From NCBI GenBank assembly GCA_030390025.1, contig CM059432.1:59770001-59834000 (forward strand): 64,000 nucleotides of DNA, read 5' to 3'. A program made the translations under genes and the position numbers. Source of the DNA: Squalus acanthias (Eukaryota). This document shows positions 11,586 to 25,285 of this stretch, in pieces. The notes under the pieces are model-generated. The model worked only from the letters and a program-made list of their open reading frames with translations, was not told where the DNA came from and did no database searches. Numbering within the stretch: the first letter of the stretch is position 1; each line of letters begins with the position of its first letter.

Positions 11586-12213
11586 TACACTGCCCTCATC
11601 CACCCTCATGGATTGCGCAGCCATCAGGCTCAAGATGGTGTAAGAAAACATTTCACCAAAACATCTCAGTTCTTCACAATTCAGTAGTTGAAAGAATTGA
11701 AACACCAGGAGTGTGGCATGGTACTGTAAAAGGCAATTGAAATTATCAAGCATTGCCTTGTTAGATCTTGAAATAATTACAGATGGATTCACAAATGGCA
11801 GTAACAAAAATAGACTTTTTTTTAACACAATTACTCTTTACTTAACTACACTATGCTTCACCTGATGTACAGATGCAACACTACAGTAATTTCCTAATTG
11901 CTATTTTCATACATCTGGACACACACAGAAGAAACACAAGATTAATTTTGTTCAAACTTAGGAGGCATTACCATTATGGCTCCTATAGCTTGTTATCATC
12001 CAATGCAAACAAATTATTGGTTGAGTCAGGTTCAACGTTTAAACCTCCACTTCCCTTGTTCTTAGTTCTAGGTGGATGAGAGAAAAATGAAGCGTGATAG
12101 ATTATTGTATTCTTTCTTGGTGGTTACAGCATACAGGGTTAAAAATTGTTACTACTAGCTATTTCTGCAATTTGCAGAGCATATACAATACAGTTTGTCA
12201 TGCAGAAGGCCTT

Positions 12214-14207
12214 AGAATCGTAGAATGATACAGCACAGAAGGAGGCCATTCGGCCCATCGTGCCTGTGCCGGATCTTTGGTAGAGCTATCCAATTAATCT
12301 CACTCACCCTGTAAATTTTTTCCCTTTATTTATCCAATTCCCTTTTGAACGTTACTATTGAATCTGCTTCCACCACCCTTTCGGATAGTGCATTCCAGAT
12401 CACAACAACTCGCTGTATTAAAAAAATATTTCCTCATGTCGTCTCTCACCAATCACCTTAAATCTGTGTCCTCTGGTTACCGACCCTTAGAATCATAGAA
12501 ATTTACGGCACAGAAGGAGGCTATTTGGCTCTTCGTGGCTGTGCCGGCTAAAAAGAGCTATCCAGCCTAATCCCACTTTCCAGCTCTTGGTCCGTAGCCT
12601 TGTAAGTTACAGCACTTCAAGTGCATATCCAAGTATGTCTTAAATGCGATGAGGGTTTCTGCCTCTACCACCCTTTCAGGCAGTGAGTTCCAGACCCCCA
12701 CCGCCCTCTGGGTGAAAAATTTCTCCTCAGCTCTGCTCTAATTTTTCTACCAATTGCTTTAAATCTATGCCCCCTGGTTATTGACCTCTCTGCTAAGAGA
12801 AATAGGTCCTTCTTATCCACTCTATCTAGGCCCCTCAAAATTTTATACACCTCAATTAAGTCTCCCCTCAGCCTCCTCTGTTACAAAGAAAACAACCCCA
12901 GCCCAGTTACGGGGATAGGATGGGATATGTTAGGGGGAATTAAATACGTGGGGTTACGGGGATAGGGTGGGATATGTGTCGGTGCAGGCTCGATGGGGAT
13001 TCTGTGTGAGAAAGCAGGGACAGGGTACTGGATTTGGATGATCAGCCATGATCGTATTGAATGGCGGAGCAGGCTCGACGGGCTGAATGGCCTACTCCTG
13101 CTCCTAGTTTCTATAACTATGTCTATGTCTATCCAATCTTTCCTCATAGCTAAAATTCTCCAGTCCTGGCAACATCCTCATAAATCTCCGTTGTACTCTC
13201 TCTAGTGTAATCACATTTTTCCTGTAATGTGGTGACCAGAATTGTACGCAGTACTCTAGCTGTGGCCTAACTAGTGTTTTATACAGTTCAAGCATAACCT
13301 CCCTGCTCTTATATTCTATGCCTTGGATAATAAAGGAAAGTATCCCACATGCCTTCTTAACCACCCCTTAAATGCATCTGTACTAGTCGCTTCAACCACT
13401 CCCTGTGGTAGCGAATTCCACATTCTCACCACTCTTTGGGTATCTACCTATCCTGCTACCTTCAGGGATCTGTGGACATGCACTCCAAAGTCTCTCTGTT
13501 CCTCTACACTTCTCAGTATCCTACCATTTATAGTGTATTCCCTTGCCTTGTTAGCCCTCCCTAAATGCATTATCTCACACTTCTCTGGATTGAATTCCAT
13601 TTGCCACTTTTCTGCCTACCTGACCAGTCCATTGATATCTTCCTGCAGTCTACAGCTTTCTTCCTCACTATCAACCACACAGCCAATTTTTGTATCATCT
13701 GCAAATTTCTTAATCATGCCCCCTACATTGAAGTCTAAATCATTGATGTATACCACAAAAAGCAAGGGACCTAGTACTGAGCCCTGCGGAACCCCACTGG
13801 AAACAGCCTTCCAGTCACAAAAACACCCTTCGACCATTACCCTTTGTTTGCTGCCACTGAGCTAATTTTGGATCCAACTTGGCACTTTCCCTTGGATCCC
13901 ATGGGCTTTTACTTTTCTGACCAGTTTGTCATGTGGGACCTTGTCAAAAGCCTTCCTAAAATCCGTGTAGACTACATCAAATGCACTACCCTCACTGACC
14001 CTCCTTATTAGCTCCTCAAAAAATTTAATCAAGTTAGTCAGACACGACCTTCCCTTAACAAATCCATCCTTTCGCCACTGGAAACAGTTTCTCCTTATTT
14101 ACCATATCAAAACCCTTCATGATTTTGAACACCTCTATCAAATCTCCTCTTAACCTTCTATGCTCTAAGGAGAATAATTCAAGCTTCTCCAGTCCCTCCA
14201 CATAACT
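12214..14207 (-). mobile_element. Cluster of CR1 3' portions (RT domain and 3' UTRs)
   Basis: SGVPQGSVLGP, KFADDTK and LVRPQLEYCVQFWSP motifs; two attctatgattcta-type tails at ~12214 and ~12489. Confidence 0.9.
12903..13128 (+). mobile_element. Small antisense insertion in CR1: HE1-SINE-like 3' part joined to a CR1 3' UTR
   Basis: Interrupts aacaaccccagc|ctatccaatctt (contiguous in the 45240 copy); contains ggggttacggggatagggtggg...gtcggtgcaggctcgatggg followed by a CR1 tail. Confidence 0.55.
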
Positions 14208-17200
14208 CTCCCCTTACTCCTCTGGCACTTTCTCCTCCTTTGAGCATCTCACCTTGTTCCACCCCTCTCACCTCTCATTTAAAATTCTCGTTCTCTACCA
14301 CCCACCCAAGTACCACAAAAATGTTATCACCAAAATATCTTCACTGCTTTCCTCCCTCAGCCTCTGCATCGAGCGACTTCTCATCCTCGGTGATTTCAAC
14401 CTGCATCTCAATTCACCTTGCTCTCTCTCCTCTGAGTTCACTACCCTCCTATCCTCCCTTAATCTCTCCTTCCATGTAAACTCCCCAACCCATATTCATG
14501 GCCACCCCCTTGATCTTTCCATCTCTCGTGGCCTCGCTCCTCCCATCGTGTCAATCGCAGATAAGGCCATTTCTGACTAATTCCTTGTATCGCTCTCCAC
14601 CCACATCCCCCTTCTCCCCAACCCTACTTCCTTCTGTGTCCGCCCCTGGAAAAAACTCTCTCTCAACTCACTTACAACTGCACTTATGAAATCCCAACTG
14701 TCCAGCCTTTAGTCCTCCATTCACCACGACATTTCTGCTGCTACCGATCTGCTCAACCACCACCTTGGAAACCCTAGTCCCTATTAAAACCATTACTCCC
14801 TCTCACACTGGCCATTCTCTCTGGTACAACCCTCATCTCCGCTCCCTTATGTCCAAGGGACGCAGACTTGAACAGCTATGGTGGACAACTGGTTTAGCCA
14901 TTCACCGCCAGATCTGGCTGGACCACATAAAGCATTATCGGGTCCTGCTCTCATCTGCCAAAACTGCTCACTATTCCAGGATCATTCTCCAATGCAAAGA
15001 CAACCCCCGTCTCCTTTTCTCTACTGCTAAACGTCTTCTTAAACCCCTTTCCCCTGTCTCCTCCACCCTCACCTACAACAACAAGTGCAAGGAGCTCATG
15101 GACTTCTTTGTCTGTAAGATTGAGACCATCCGATCAGCTGCCTCTGCCACTTCCCTTCTTTCCCCTAGCCTATTGGGCCAAATATCCTCTAAGGTTCCCC
15201 CCTGCCCAAGCCCTGAACTCGCATCTTTCTCCAGTTTCTCTCCAATCACTCCTCCTGCCCTCTCTGTTCTCATCTTATCCATGAGACCCACTTCCTGCTC
15301 CCCTGACCATATTCCCACTAAACTGCTGACCACCCAACTTCCTTTCCTGGCTCCCATTTTGACTGACATTGTTAACGGTTCTCTCTCCTCAGGTACTGTC
15401 CCCCTCTCCTTCAACTCTGCCGTCATCACCCTTCTCCTCAAAAAAACAACCCTTGACCCCCTCCGCCCTTACAAACTACAGCCTCATCTCCAATCTCCCT
15501 TTCCTCTCCAAAGTCCTTGAACATGTTGCCACCTCCCAAATCTGTGCCCATCTTTCCTGGAATTCCATGTTTGAATCCCTCCAATCAGGTTTCCACTCCT
15601 GCCACAGTACCGAAACAGCTCTCATCAAAGTCACAAATGACATCGTTTGTGACTGTGACAAAGGTGAACTATCCCTTCTTGTCCTTCTCCACCTGTCTGC
15701 AGCCTTTGACACGGTTGACCACTCCAGCCTCCTCAAATGCCTCTCCACCGTCGTCCAACTGGGTGGGACGGCACTCGCCTGGTTCCGTTCTTATCTATCT
15801 AATCGTAGCCAGAGAATCACCTGCAATGGCTTCTCTTCCCGCTCCCGCATCGTTACCTCTGGTGTCCCCCAAGGATCTATCCTTGGTCTCCTCCTATTTC
15901 TCATCTATATGCTGCTTCTCGGCGAAATCATCCGAAAACACAGCATCAGTTTCCACATGTGCGCTGATGACACCCAGCTCTACCTCACCACCATTTCTTT
16001 TGACCCCTCCACTGTCTCTAAATTGTCAGACTGCTTGTCCAACATCCAGTACTGGATGAGCAGAAATTTTCCCCAATTAAATATTGGGAAGACTGAAGCC
16101 ATTGGGCTGGATTTTGTCATTGGGGGCGGGTTGGGGGCGGTCAGGTGGTTGGCGGGTCACGACCCCGCCTCCGATGTGAGGCGTGACAATTGAGCGATTT
16201 TCCCCTAATTGGGCACTTGATTTCCAGCGTGTGGGAACCCCTGGCCCAATGAGTATTTTGCTGCTGAAACTCGCCCCTGATGACATCATCTATGCAGCTG
16301 CATTTGAGGCTTGCAAGCAGCCTTGGTTCTTTTTCTGCCTTACAACTTTTGCATTATACTCTGAGGGATTCGTGCTCCAACCACGTCAAGCAGCAGACCA
16401 AAGTGTGCACCCCGTTTCGATGAGAACTCCCTCCAAGCTCTGGTAGGAAGGAAAAAGCCTCCCCAACAGACCAAAGCTGTGTGGCTGCAAGTGGCACAGG
16501 AGGTGAATGCGATTTCAATGTGCAGCAGAACCTGGCTGCAGTGCAGAAAGAGGTTTCATGACTTCTCCGCACAGGAAAAGTGAGTATTCCATCCAAATGA
16601 CCTTCAATCTGATCCCCATCGCCTCTCATCACCAGCACTCTGCTTTGTCAACCTCCTCCTCCACATCCCACTTCACCCTTACATCCCTGGACCCTTAACC
16701 ATTTCCTCTCTCTGTATGTTCACATTCACTTAACTATTCGACTATGCAGCCCTCACACTCCCTATCACTGTGATGCAATGACAACAACTTACAACACACA
16801 GGGAGGGCCCTTGGTATTGGCATCTCACTCCTTTGTGTCCTTCTAAGCATCTATGCTATGGATTCTCTACACTCACTCCTTCATTCTCACTCAAACTCCA
16901 CTTGTGTCCCTCATTGCAGGAAAAGAGAGCCCACAATAAGAGGGAGAGGGTGAGGACAGGAGGAGGGCCACCCTCAATAGCCCAGCTCACCACTGCAGAG
17001 GAGGCGGCCCTGGAGACCGTGGGAGTCGAGGAGGATGCGCAAGTGGGAGATGGACGCAACAGAGCAAGCTGGTGACAGAAAAGTTTTTCATATCTCTCAT
17101 TGACATTGCATGAGTGACTGATATTGATACTAATGCTCTAACAGATTGACTTATGATCATCTACACAATTCAATGTGCATGCAACGTTTATCTCACATGT

Positions 17201-18397
17201 CTAAGTCTTTCCTTTACTCCCCCACAGGACCATAGACAGCCCCCCTCCCCACTGTCAGGAGGAACAGCCTGAGCCCCCAGACTCCTCAGAGGAAGCTGCA
17301 ACCTCTGAGGGCGCAACATCAGCAGAATTCAGCGCACCCAGCACCAGTGCAGACACTCACACCTCGGTGGGACCTTTGGGAGATAGAGTAGAGTTGTCAC
17401 CTTGGTGTATCACAGCTCACAAGTGAGCATCAGCAGATGGTGTAGACAGGGACAGCAGTGATTAGAGGCGGGCTGGAGGCGGGATCGGAGCCGCCCGCCA
17501 TTTTTTGCAATTTTAACACCTCACACGCCTCCAAACCCGCCTCCTCGGGCCTGGCAAAATCTAGCCCATTGTCTTCGGTCCCCGCCACAAACTACATTCC
17601 CTAGCCACCGACTCCATCGCTTTCCCTAGCATCTGTCTGAGGCTGAACCAGACTGTTCGCAACCTTGGTGTCGCATTTGACTCTGAAATGAGCTTCCGAC
17701 CACATATCCGCGCCATAACTAAGACAGCCTATTTCCACCTCCATAACGTTGCCCGTCTCCGCCCCTGGCTCAGCTCATCTGCTGCTGAAACCCTCACCCA
17801 TGCCTTTGTTACCTCTAGACTTGACTATTCCAACGCACTCCTGGCCGGCCTCCCACGTTCTACACTATGTAAACTTGAGGTCATCCAAAACTTGGCTGCC
17901 TGTGTCCTAACTCGCACTAAGTCCCATTCACCCATCACCCCTGTGCTCGCTGACCTACATTGGCTCCCAGTTAAGCAATGCCTCGATTTTAAAATTCTCA
18001 TCCTTGTTTTCAAATCCCTCCATAGCCTCGCCCCTCCCTATCTCTGTAATCTCCTTCAGCCCCACAACCCCCCCCCCCCCCCCCCGAGATATCTGCGCTA
18101 CTCTAATTCTAACCTCTTGACCGTCCCTGATTTTAATCACTCAACCATTGGTGGCTATGTCTTCAGCTGCCTAGGCCCTAAGCTCTGGAATTCCCTCCCT
18201 AAACCTCTCTGCCTCTCTACCTCTCTTTCTTCCTTTAAGATGCTCCTTGAAACCTACCTCTTAGACCAAGCTTTTGGTCACCTGCCCTAATTTCTCTTTA
18301 TGTGCTTTGGTGTCAAATTTTGTTTTATAATGCTGCTGTGAAGCACCTTGGGACATTTTACTAGGTTAAAGGTGCTATATAAATGTAAGTTGTTGTT
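14208..18397 (+). mobile_element. L2 LINE (ORF2 endonuclease-RT, disrupted), split by a Harbinger insertion
   Basis: ILGDFNLH, THIHGHPLDL, LQSGFHSCHSTETAL, LSAAFDTVDH, SGVPQGSILG, CADDTQLY, FVTSRLDYSN motifs; L2 tail ggtgctatataaatgtaagttgttgttg. Confidence 0.92.
16104..17567 (+). mobile_element. Non-autonomous Harbinger-type element with Myb-gene remnant
   Basis: TIRs GGGCTGGATTTTGTCA / TGGCAAAATCTAGCCC; perfect ATT TSD (16101-16103, 17568-17570); removal restores the L2 reading KTEAIVFG; remnant QEKRAHNKRERVRTGGG. Confidence 0.92.
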
Positions 18398-19573
18398 GAA
18401 CAACTCCAGCTTCTCCAGTCTCTCCACATAACTGAAATCTCTCATCTCTGGTACTATTCTAGTAAATCTCGCTAAGGCTTCCTATATACAGCTGCATGGC
18501 CACGCGGCCAAGCAACTGAGCGGGAACGTTGGCTGAGACTGCATTGTTTCTTCTGCAGCAAAAGAAATCTCTGTACTAACAAACAAATCACTCTCCAGAC
18601 AAACCACTCTTTTCCCCACCAATCTCTCTTCAACCTCCACCAACCTTCAACTGTCATCTTTGCAATGCTCCTTTAAATACCTGAGCTGATTTGGTCCCAT
18701 GCGTGACATCATCACGCCTGCTCCCGTTATTTGGTCAGTAACCCCAGAAGTTAGATGCAAATGCAGTGGCTTCATTAAAAAGCCACTGCAAAATGTGCCG
18801 TTTCACCTTCCGGGTTCCCCACGCGATCCAGGGCTCCCCTGCTGCCAGCTCATCGGAAAGGTAAAAATTCCGGCCATTATCCCCACTCTCAGTCTTCCAC
18901 CACCTAATCAATCTCCTAACCACATCAATAACTTGCCTTTAATTACATGAGCTTTAATTTTAGCTAGTAGTCTCTTATGTGGAACCTAATTGAATGCCTT
19001 CTGAGAAGACCATATAAACTACATTCATAGATATTCCCCTGTCTACTACTTTAGTTACTTCCTCAAAAAATTCATTTAGGTTTGGTAGACATAATGGGGG
19101 TTTAGCGCCGGCTGTTACTGCCCGATTCGGGGAAAAAAATGGCGGCTGCTGATCTTCTGCCAGCTGGACGCGGGTCCCACGGCAGCCACCATTTTTGGCT
19201 GGGCAGCAGCGCTGCTGATGTCCGAGCTCATGAAAATTATGTAGATAATGCATTTGTGACGTCAGTGGGTGTGCAACGCTCACTTGATGTCCGATCTGCC
19301 GTTTTCAACTTCGCCACTCCACTTACCGGCTTGCCTTAACTGCGACCAGCTGAGCAAGTGTTGACAAGCAGGAAGGAGGCTCCAGAGGAACGTTATTTAA
19401 AGGGATCATCAGCAACAACTTGTAGCTGACGTGTTTCTGCAGTTTGACTAGCTCTGTGAAACTTTCTGCAACTCCAGCAGCTTTATTAACTTCTTTCAAG
19501 ATTGTGTTGGGGCAAGTGGAGAACACCTTCATTCTTATTTAAAGGCGTCTGTTCACAACACTTGCTCACAGTC

Positions 19574-20696
19574 ATGGGGGCTCTACTGGCAGTCCTCCTC
19601 GCACTCGAGTATCTTCGGGAGAGGGAGTGGAAGCAGCGAAGAAGATGAGAAAATGCTCGCAGAGGGGGGAGGAGGAGGCCAGGAGGGCTCTCAACAGGAG
19701 GCCTTACCCATCTAGGGTCTTCTGAGAGCACTTCTCTTATATCCACTTAAGCGAGGAGCTGTGTATTAGGAGGCTCCACTTCACCAAGGAGGTGGTCACA
19801 GAACTCTGCCGCCTCCTGCAACCAGACCTGCAGCCTGAGAACAGGGCGACCACGGCTTACCCGTGGCCTTCAATTTCTTTGCCAGCAGATCCTTCCAGTC
19901 TGCAGCAGGAGATATAGCTAACATCTCCCATCCATCGCTGCATCCAGGAGGTCACAGACACTCTCTACACGAGGAGAAGGGACTATATTTTCTTCTCTCT
20001 GAGCAGAGAGAAGCAGGACAAGCGCATGTGTGGCTTTGCCAGGATAGTGGGCTTCCCCATGATGCAGGCGCCATCGACTGCACACACATGGCTTTGTGGG
20101 CGCCGCATAACAATCCTGAGATCTTCCATAACCACAAAGGCTACCACTCACTTAATGTGCAGTTGTTATGCGACCACGCCGAGTGCTTCCTGATGGTCAA
20201 TGCCCGCTATCCTGGCAGCAATCCTGATGCCTTCATCCTGTGTCAGTCCGGTGTGCCAGCAATCTTTCAGCCACCACATCAAACCCGAGGGTGGCTGCTC
20301 AGAGACAAGGGCTACCCGCTCTGCACCTGGCTGATGACTCCCCTCCGCAACCCCAGCACTTGTGCCCAGCACTCATATAATGAGAGCCATACTGCCACCA
20401 TCAGGCTACTGAAGCAACGGTTCTGCTGCCTTGACCACTCAGGAGGAGCCCTCCAGTACGCGGTGGATCGGGTGCCCCATTTCTTGGTGGTCTGCAGCAT
20501 GCTTCACAACTTGGGTATCATGAGGGCACGCCCCTTGCCAGCAGGGATTGTGGGACTACCTCAGGAAGAGGAAGGGGAGGAGGATGAGGACAAGGAGGAG
20601 GACGAGGACGAGGAGGAATGGAGGAGGCAGGCAGCAAACCCCCTTCGGCATGAGCTGTCTGTGAATACCTCATCAGGCTCCGATTGCAGTGAATGA
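19574..20696 (+). pseudogene. Harbinger (HARBI1-like) DDE transposase, frameshifted
   Basis: GAIDCTH, NHKGYHSLNVQLLCD, YPGSNPDAFI, GWLLRDKGYP, LKQRFCCLD, CSMLHN, acidic tail; the segment with the catalytic E (IEQTIG) is deleted; stops and frameshifts upstream. Confidence 0.9.
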
Positions 20697-20878
20697 AACC
20701 CCAGATCCCAGTTGCTCACCACATCCTCATCAACCACATCCCCATCATACCATCCATCTGTCACGGAATATCACAGCGTCATTCTGGGCACAAAACTGAA
20801 ATGAGAGCCACCGCAAAACAAAGATTTCAAGCAAAATTATTAAATTCATCAAGAATGAATTCACACATACTATATCAA

Positions 20879-22800
20879 CTAATCACCCTTGTGCAATCCC
20901 TTAGTGCCTGTCGTTCAGGTGCCCTTTCCTGCTTGAGTGCTCCTATGAAGTGCTCCCCCAGTGGCTCTGGCATGGCTGGTGAAAGGCTGCTGACTTTCAG
21001 TGGGGGAGACTACAGATGGCCTTGCAGGATGACCTTGAACAGCTTTAGAAGGCCCGGCTGTAGATGGCACCACCTCAGCATGGGCAGCAGCAGTCTGGGC
21101 TGGCTGGCTGACAGGTAGCGGCAAGGGCAATGGCAGAGTGGCAGTGGTGGGAGTAGGAATGCTGTCATCCTGAGAGAGGACAGCAGGGTCCTGCTCCAGT
21201 GACCCACAGCCACTCCCCCGGGGTGGCGCCTCAGTGTTCCTAGCAATCTGGAACTCCGTCTAGCAAGCACTCTGTAAGCCCCATTCGACAGTGGTGAACC
21301 CAGCCATGATGGCAGCAGTCTGAGCTTGGGTGGCAGCAAGCTGAGACTGCATGAGAACAGTCTGATCTCACGTGGCAGCAAGTTAAGACTGCAGGACAGT
21401 GGTCTGCGCTTCTGCTGCAGCCTGCGCTGCAATGGCAGCCACGACATTGGCCATACGTAGCATCATGTCTGGATCGACATGGTCTCTCCGGGTATTTTCC
21501 ATCATTTCCAGCCTGGAAATCCTGGGCTGCAATCTCTGCGCAAAGCCTTGGCCAATGTTGGAGGCGGACTCCTCCATACTTCTTGACATTGCCAAGAAGC
21601 TCTCTGGAAGGCTTGCCACTGCACCTAGCAATTCGGTGTGCGTGCCCATCACCCTTCTTCTGAAGACCGCCCCATAGAGGTCCTCATCTGAGTCCTGTGC
21701 AGCAGAACTTGCATGCGAACTCGCCCTCCGGGGAGCTGGCCCCCGAGCTACCCTTTCCCCCTGGCCTTGCTACAGCCCACTCAGTGCCTCACCCTGTGCA
21801 AATTCCAATACTACACTAGCCTCTAAAGTGCACGCCATGCCAGTTTCTGAGCTGGTGTCTGTGAGTGACAGATGCAGTGATGCTGTGTCTTCTTTTCCCC
21901 TTCGTTCTCCTCCATCGTTGCGATGACAGGCTGGGCTGCTGCTTGTTCTTGTTTATCTGAAAGCAGAAAGGCACAAGAGTCAGGTTATGGTGAGGGGAGG
22001 AGGGGGTAAGCAAGATATGCATGCATACAACATCAACAGCTTGAAAGTGAGAAGAGATTGTGGGATGAGGGGGAAGTGGGATGTGAGAAGAAGGATTAGG
22101 AATGAGCAAACCTTTGTTGTCCCCAAAGGCTTCAACATCGCCCGTTGCCACGGCCTCGGTGACTTCCCCTCCAATGATCTCCAGCAATCGCTCCTCCAGT
22201 TGACGTAGAGCCTGTATGGCAACATGCTGCTCGCCTGTCTGCCGCTGCTCCTATTGTGCGTGACCTTGGCCTTCAGGGAAAAGGGAAGTGTGTGAGTGTG
22301 GTGCAATGTGTTTGGGTGACATGCCTGCCATAGTTGAATAGCTGTCAGTGTGTGCAAGGTGTGAGATGTGGGTGTGAGTGTTGCAGCAGTGGCAAGGTTA
22401 TGAGAGGATTGTGAGGTATGAGTGGTGATCAGTAGAGATTGTTGGTAGGTGAGTGCTGGAAGGTATGGTACATTGAGCAGTGTGTGAGGCTTGAGGTGCA
22501 GGTGGTGGGATATGGCATTTGCCGAAGCCTTCACTCACCTTGAGATCATTAAACTTCTTGCGGCATTGGATGGATGACCTGGGGACCACATGGTGGCCGA
22601 CACATAATCGAATATCTCCCACCACAGCCTTCTGGACGTATGGGCCGATGGCTTTCTGCCACCTTGCAGGAAGAGGACAGCCCGCCTCCTCTCTGTGGCC
22701 ACCAGAAGTGCCTCCAGAGTTGCGCCTGAGAATCGTTTTGCTCTCTTCCTGTGCTGAGGCTCAGCCGGCTCTTTGTAATTGGTTGTGCTTCCAAGTGGAG
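20879..22800 (-). pseudogene. Harbinger Myb/SANT-like DNA-binding protein, three exons (~22800-22539, 22270-22112, 21956-20879)
   Basis: RAKRFSGATLEALL...RRAVLF...LWWEI...QCRKKFNDLK|gtgagt; GT-AG introns at the same positions as in the other copies. Confidence 0.82.
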
Positions 22801-23089
22801 TTCCAAGTGGAATGACGATGAGGTGCTGCTGCATCAATGCACCGTCCATTTAGGTACTGGATAAAGCCTAGGCCAAACATGACTTGGAATTAGACTGCTC
22901 CCGATATTGGCCCACCTGTTGAGCGGTAAGCCAAGAGCAGTGGTTTAGTCCTGAGATCAGCACTATAATCATGTAAATGAGCACTCAGTACGAATTTTGC
23001 TTGTCAACTAGACCACTTTGACTCGGCGCAGCTTAATAACGCTGGGCCATGACAACACCCGTTTTCGGGCCATATCCAATTTTTAGACC

Positions 23090-24215
23090 AATATTCCAAA
23101 TCTCTCTTGATTCAGGAATTGCAAAATTGCAAATGTAAGTCCATTATTTAAGAAAGTTGAAATCCATGTTGGCTCTGTAATCAACTCAAATTTCTCTAAG
23201 TGCTCAGTAACTCTGTCCTTAATTATAGATTCCAATAACTTCCCCACAACAGTTGTTGGACTAACAGGTCTATAATTTCCTGGTTTCTCTCTCACACCTT
23301 TCTTAAATAATGGAGTTACATTTGCAATTTTCCAATCCTAAGGGGCATTTCCTGAATCAAGAGAGCTTTGAAATATTATGGCTAAAACATCTGTAATTTC
23401 CTCGCCAATTCCTTTAAAACCCTGGGGTGGAAACCATCAGGTTCTGGGGATTTGTCAGTCTTTAGTCCCATTATTTTTTCTAATACTATTTTCTTGCTTA
23501 TGTTAAGTTTAGTAGGTTCCATTCCTTGATTCATTATTAATTTCCCTGGAATGTAAGATATATTTTCTTCTTCCTCTTCTGTAAAGACTGACACAAAGTA
23601 ATTATTCAACAAGTCTGCCATTTTCTTACTTTCATTTGCAGTATTACCCCCATCTGTTTTTAAAGGGCCCGCATTACCCTTGACTACCCTTTTTCTTCTC
23701 ATATAATTGTAAAATCATTTTGTGCTAATCTTGATATCCACCGCAAGTTTCTTTCCGTATTCCTTTTTGCAGCTTGTTATCTTTTTTGTCTCGCTTTGCT
23801 GTTCTTCATATCTCTCCCTGTCCCTTGGATTTACATTATTCTTTGAGCTTTTGTAAGCTCTTTCTTTTAGTTTTATGTTGTCTCTCACCTCTTTTGTCGA
23901 CCATGGCTGTTTTTGGTAAGTAGAGCTCTTGCCCCTTAGGGGTATATATGGTCCTGTATTAAGCTGAATCTTTTTTGAACAGCTCCCACTGTACATCTGT
24001 AGTTTTACCCGATAACAGTTTTGACCAGTTTGCTGCCATCAGTCTCTGTCCCATCTCGTTAAAGTCAGCCTTACCAAAATCTAGAATATTAGTAACTGTG
24101 TTAAGTTTCTCCTTTTCAAACCTAACATTGATTCGATTATATTATAATTACTGTCAGATATTTGTTGCCTTACTGTTAGATTATTAACTAAGTCTGGCTC
24201 ATTACTCATTACTAA
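23090..24215 (-). mobile_element. CR1 ORF2 fragment
   Basis: KPGNYRPVS, LNNYFVSVFT and DKSPEPDGFHPRVLKE motifs. Confidence 0.88.
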
Positions 24216-24809
24216 ATGAGGATGCAATGGTGCAGCAGTAGTAGAAGAGGAGGAGGAGAATAAGGATTAAGAAATGGAGGAACAGCCAGGAAGATTATTG
24301 TGGTGAGTATTCTTTGATAACTGCTTCCTGTAATTCCCAGATCTGGCCCTTGCACAAATATTGAAGATGAATCAAAAACCATACATTGGGGTCAATTTTT
24401 GAGTGACCTTGTTCATTGGATCAATCCCATCACCTGCCCAATGATCTTCGCTGGAGGGCTGAACCATTTTATGGACAGTCTTCATTAAAATATTATCTGT
24501 GACACACCTGCGTGTTTGAAGCACTGACCGGCAGCTCAGCGATCCCCTAGGGAAATCCAATGGCTCCTTCACTGAGCTAATCCAGCAATTTTTCCTTAAC
24601 AGGTAGGGCCAGGCGATCATGGAGAAGGGGGACCGCAGAGCTCCTGGCAGCAGTTGGGAAGATTTTTGTTGAGCCATGAGGAGCATTAACGGTCCCTTTA
24701 AGGACAGATGCTTTGGCTGTTTTTTGTTGAGTTCCACTGATGGGGCTAGCGCAGTGTGTGTGCTGCTCATTGCAGCATTAAAAATTGCCTCAGGGTCCTA
24801 TGTGTGTAC

Positions 24810-25183
24810 TAATTGTTGACTGGTGCTGTGGCCAGAAAGGTACATTGCTCCATATGCTCTGGTCATGTCTCCACATCCAACCATTTTGGGCAGCAGTCCA
24901 GCAGGTCCCAAAGGTCAAGACTGACTTTAGTCTTATTATTCCCTGCAGACACAACCCTTGGGCTTACTCAACAGAGACCAAACCCCATCCCATCTACAAT
25001 TCAGAAGTCAGTGCAACTGCCATTGTTAGCTGCACACAAAGGTGCATCCCCAACCTTCCCATAACATACCATTGGGTTAAACATCTAATAAACATATGCC
25101 AATCAGAATGGTTGATATATTGCATTGGTGTGGACTCAAATCTGCATATAGGCAGGATCTCATATATCCCCTGGTATTGCTGA
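24810..25183 (+). mobile_element. L1 LINE ORF2 C-terminal zinc-knuckle remnant
   Basis: WCCGQKGTLLHMLWSCLHIQPFW matches the L1 CCHC region pattern C..CG..GTLLH..W.C...QP.W. Confidence 0.6.
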
Positions 25184-25285
25184 ACACAGGAAACTATAAC
25201 CAAATTATTTCATCCCTTTAAAAGTATGTTACACCCAGTGTTTGTACAAGATGCCAATAATTCCAAAGTACCATCAAAAAACAGT

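Larger units (their letters stand above)
19095..23089. mobile_element. Near full-length two-gene PIF/Harbinger-type transposon (decayed)
   Basis: Transposase on plus and Myb/SANT gene on minus, convergent; right end CCAATTTTTAGACC; left TIR eroded; flanked by CR1 pieces. Confidence 0.9.

Noticed and set aside
19863..20696. Domesticated host HARBI1 gene
   Set aside because: It lies inside a multi-copy TIR element, is frameshifted and lacks the catalytic Glu segment, so it is a transposon pseudogene.
24372..24770. 132-aa minus-strand ORF
   Set aside because: No recognisable motif or splice support; sits between LINE fragments.
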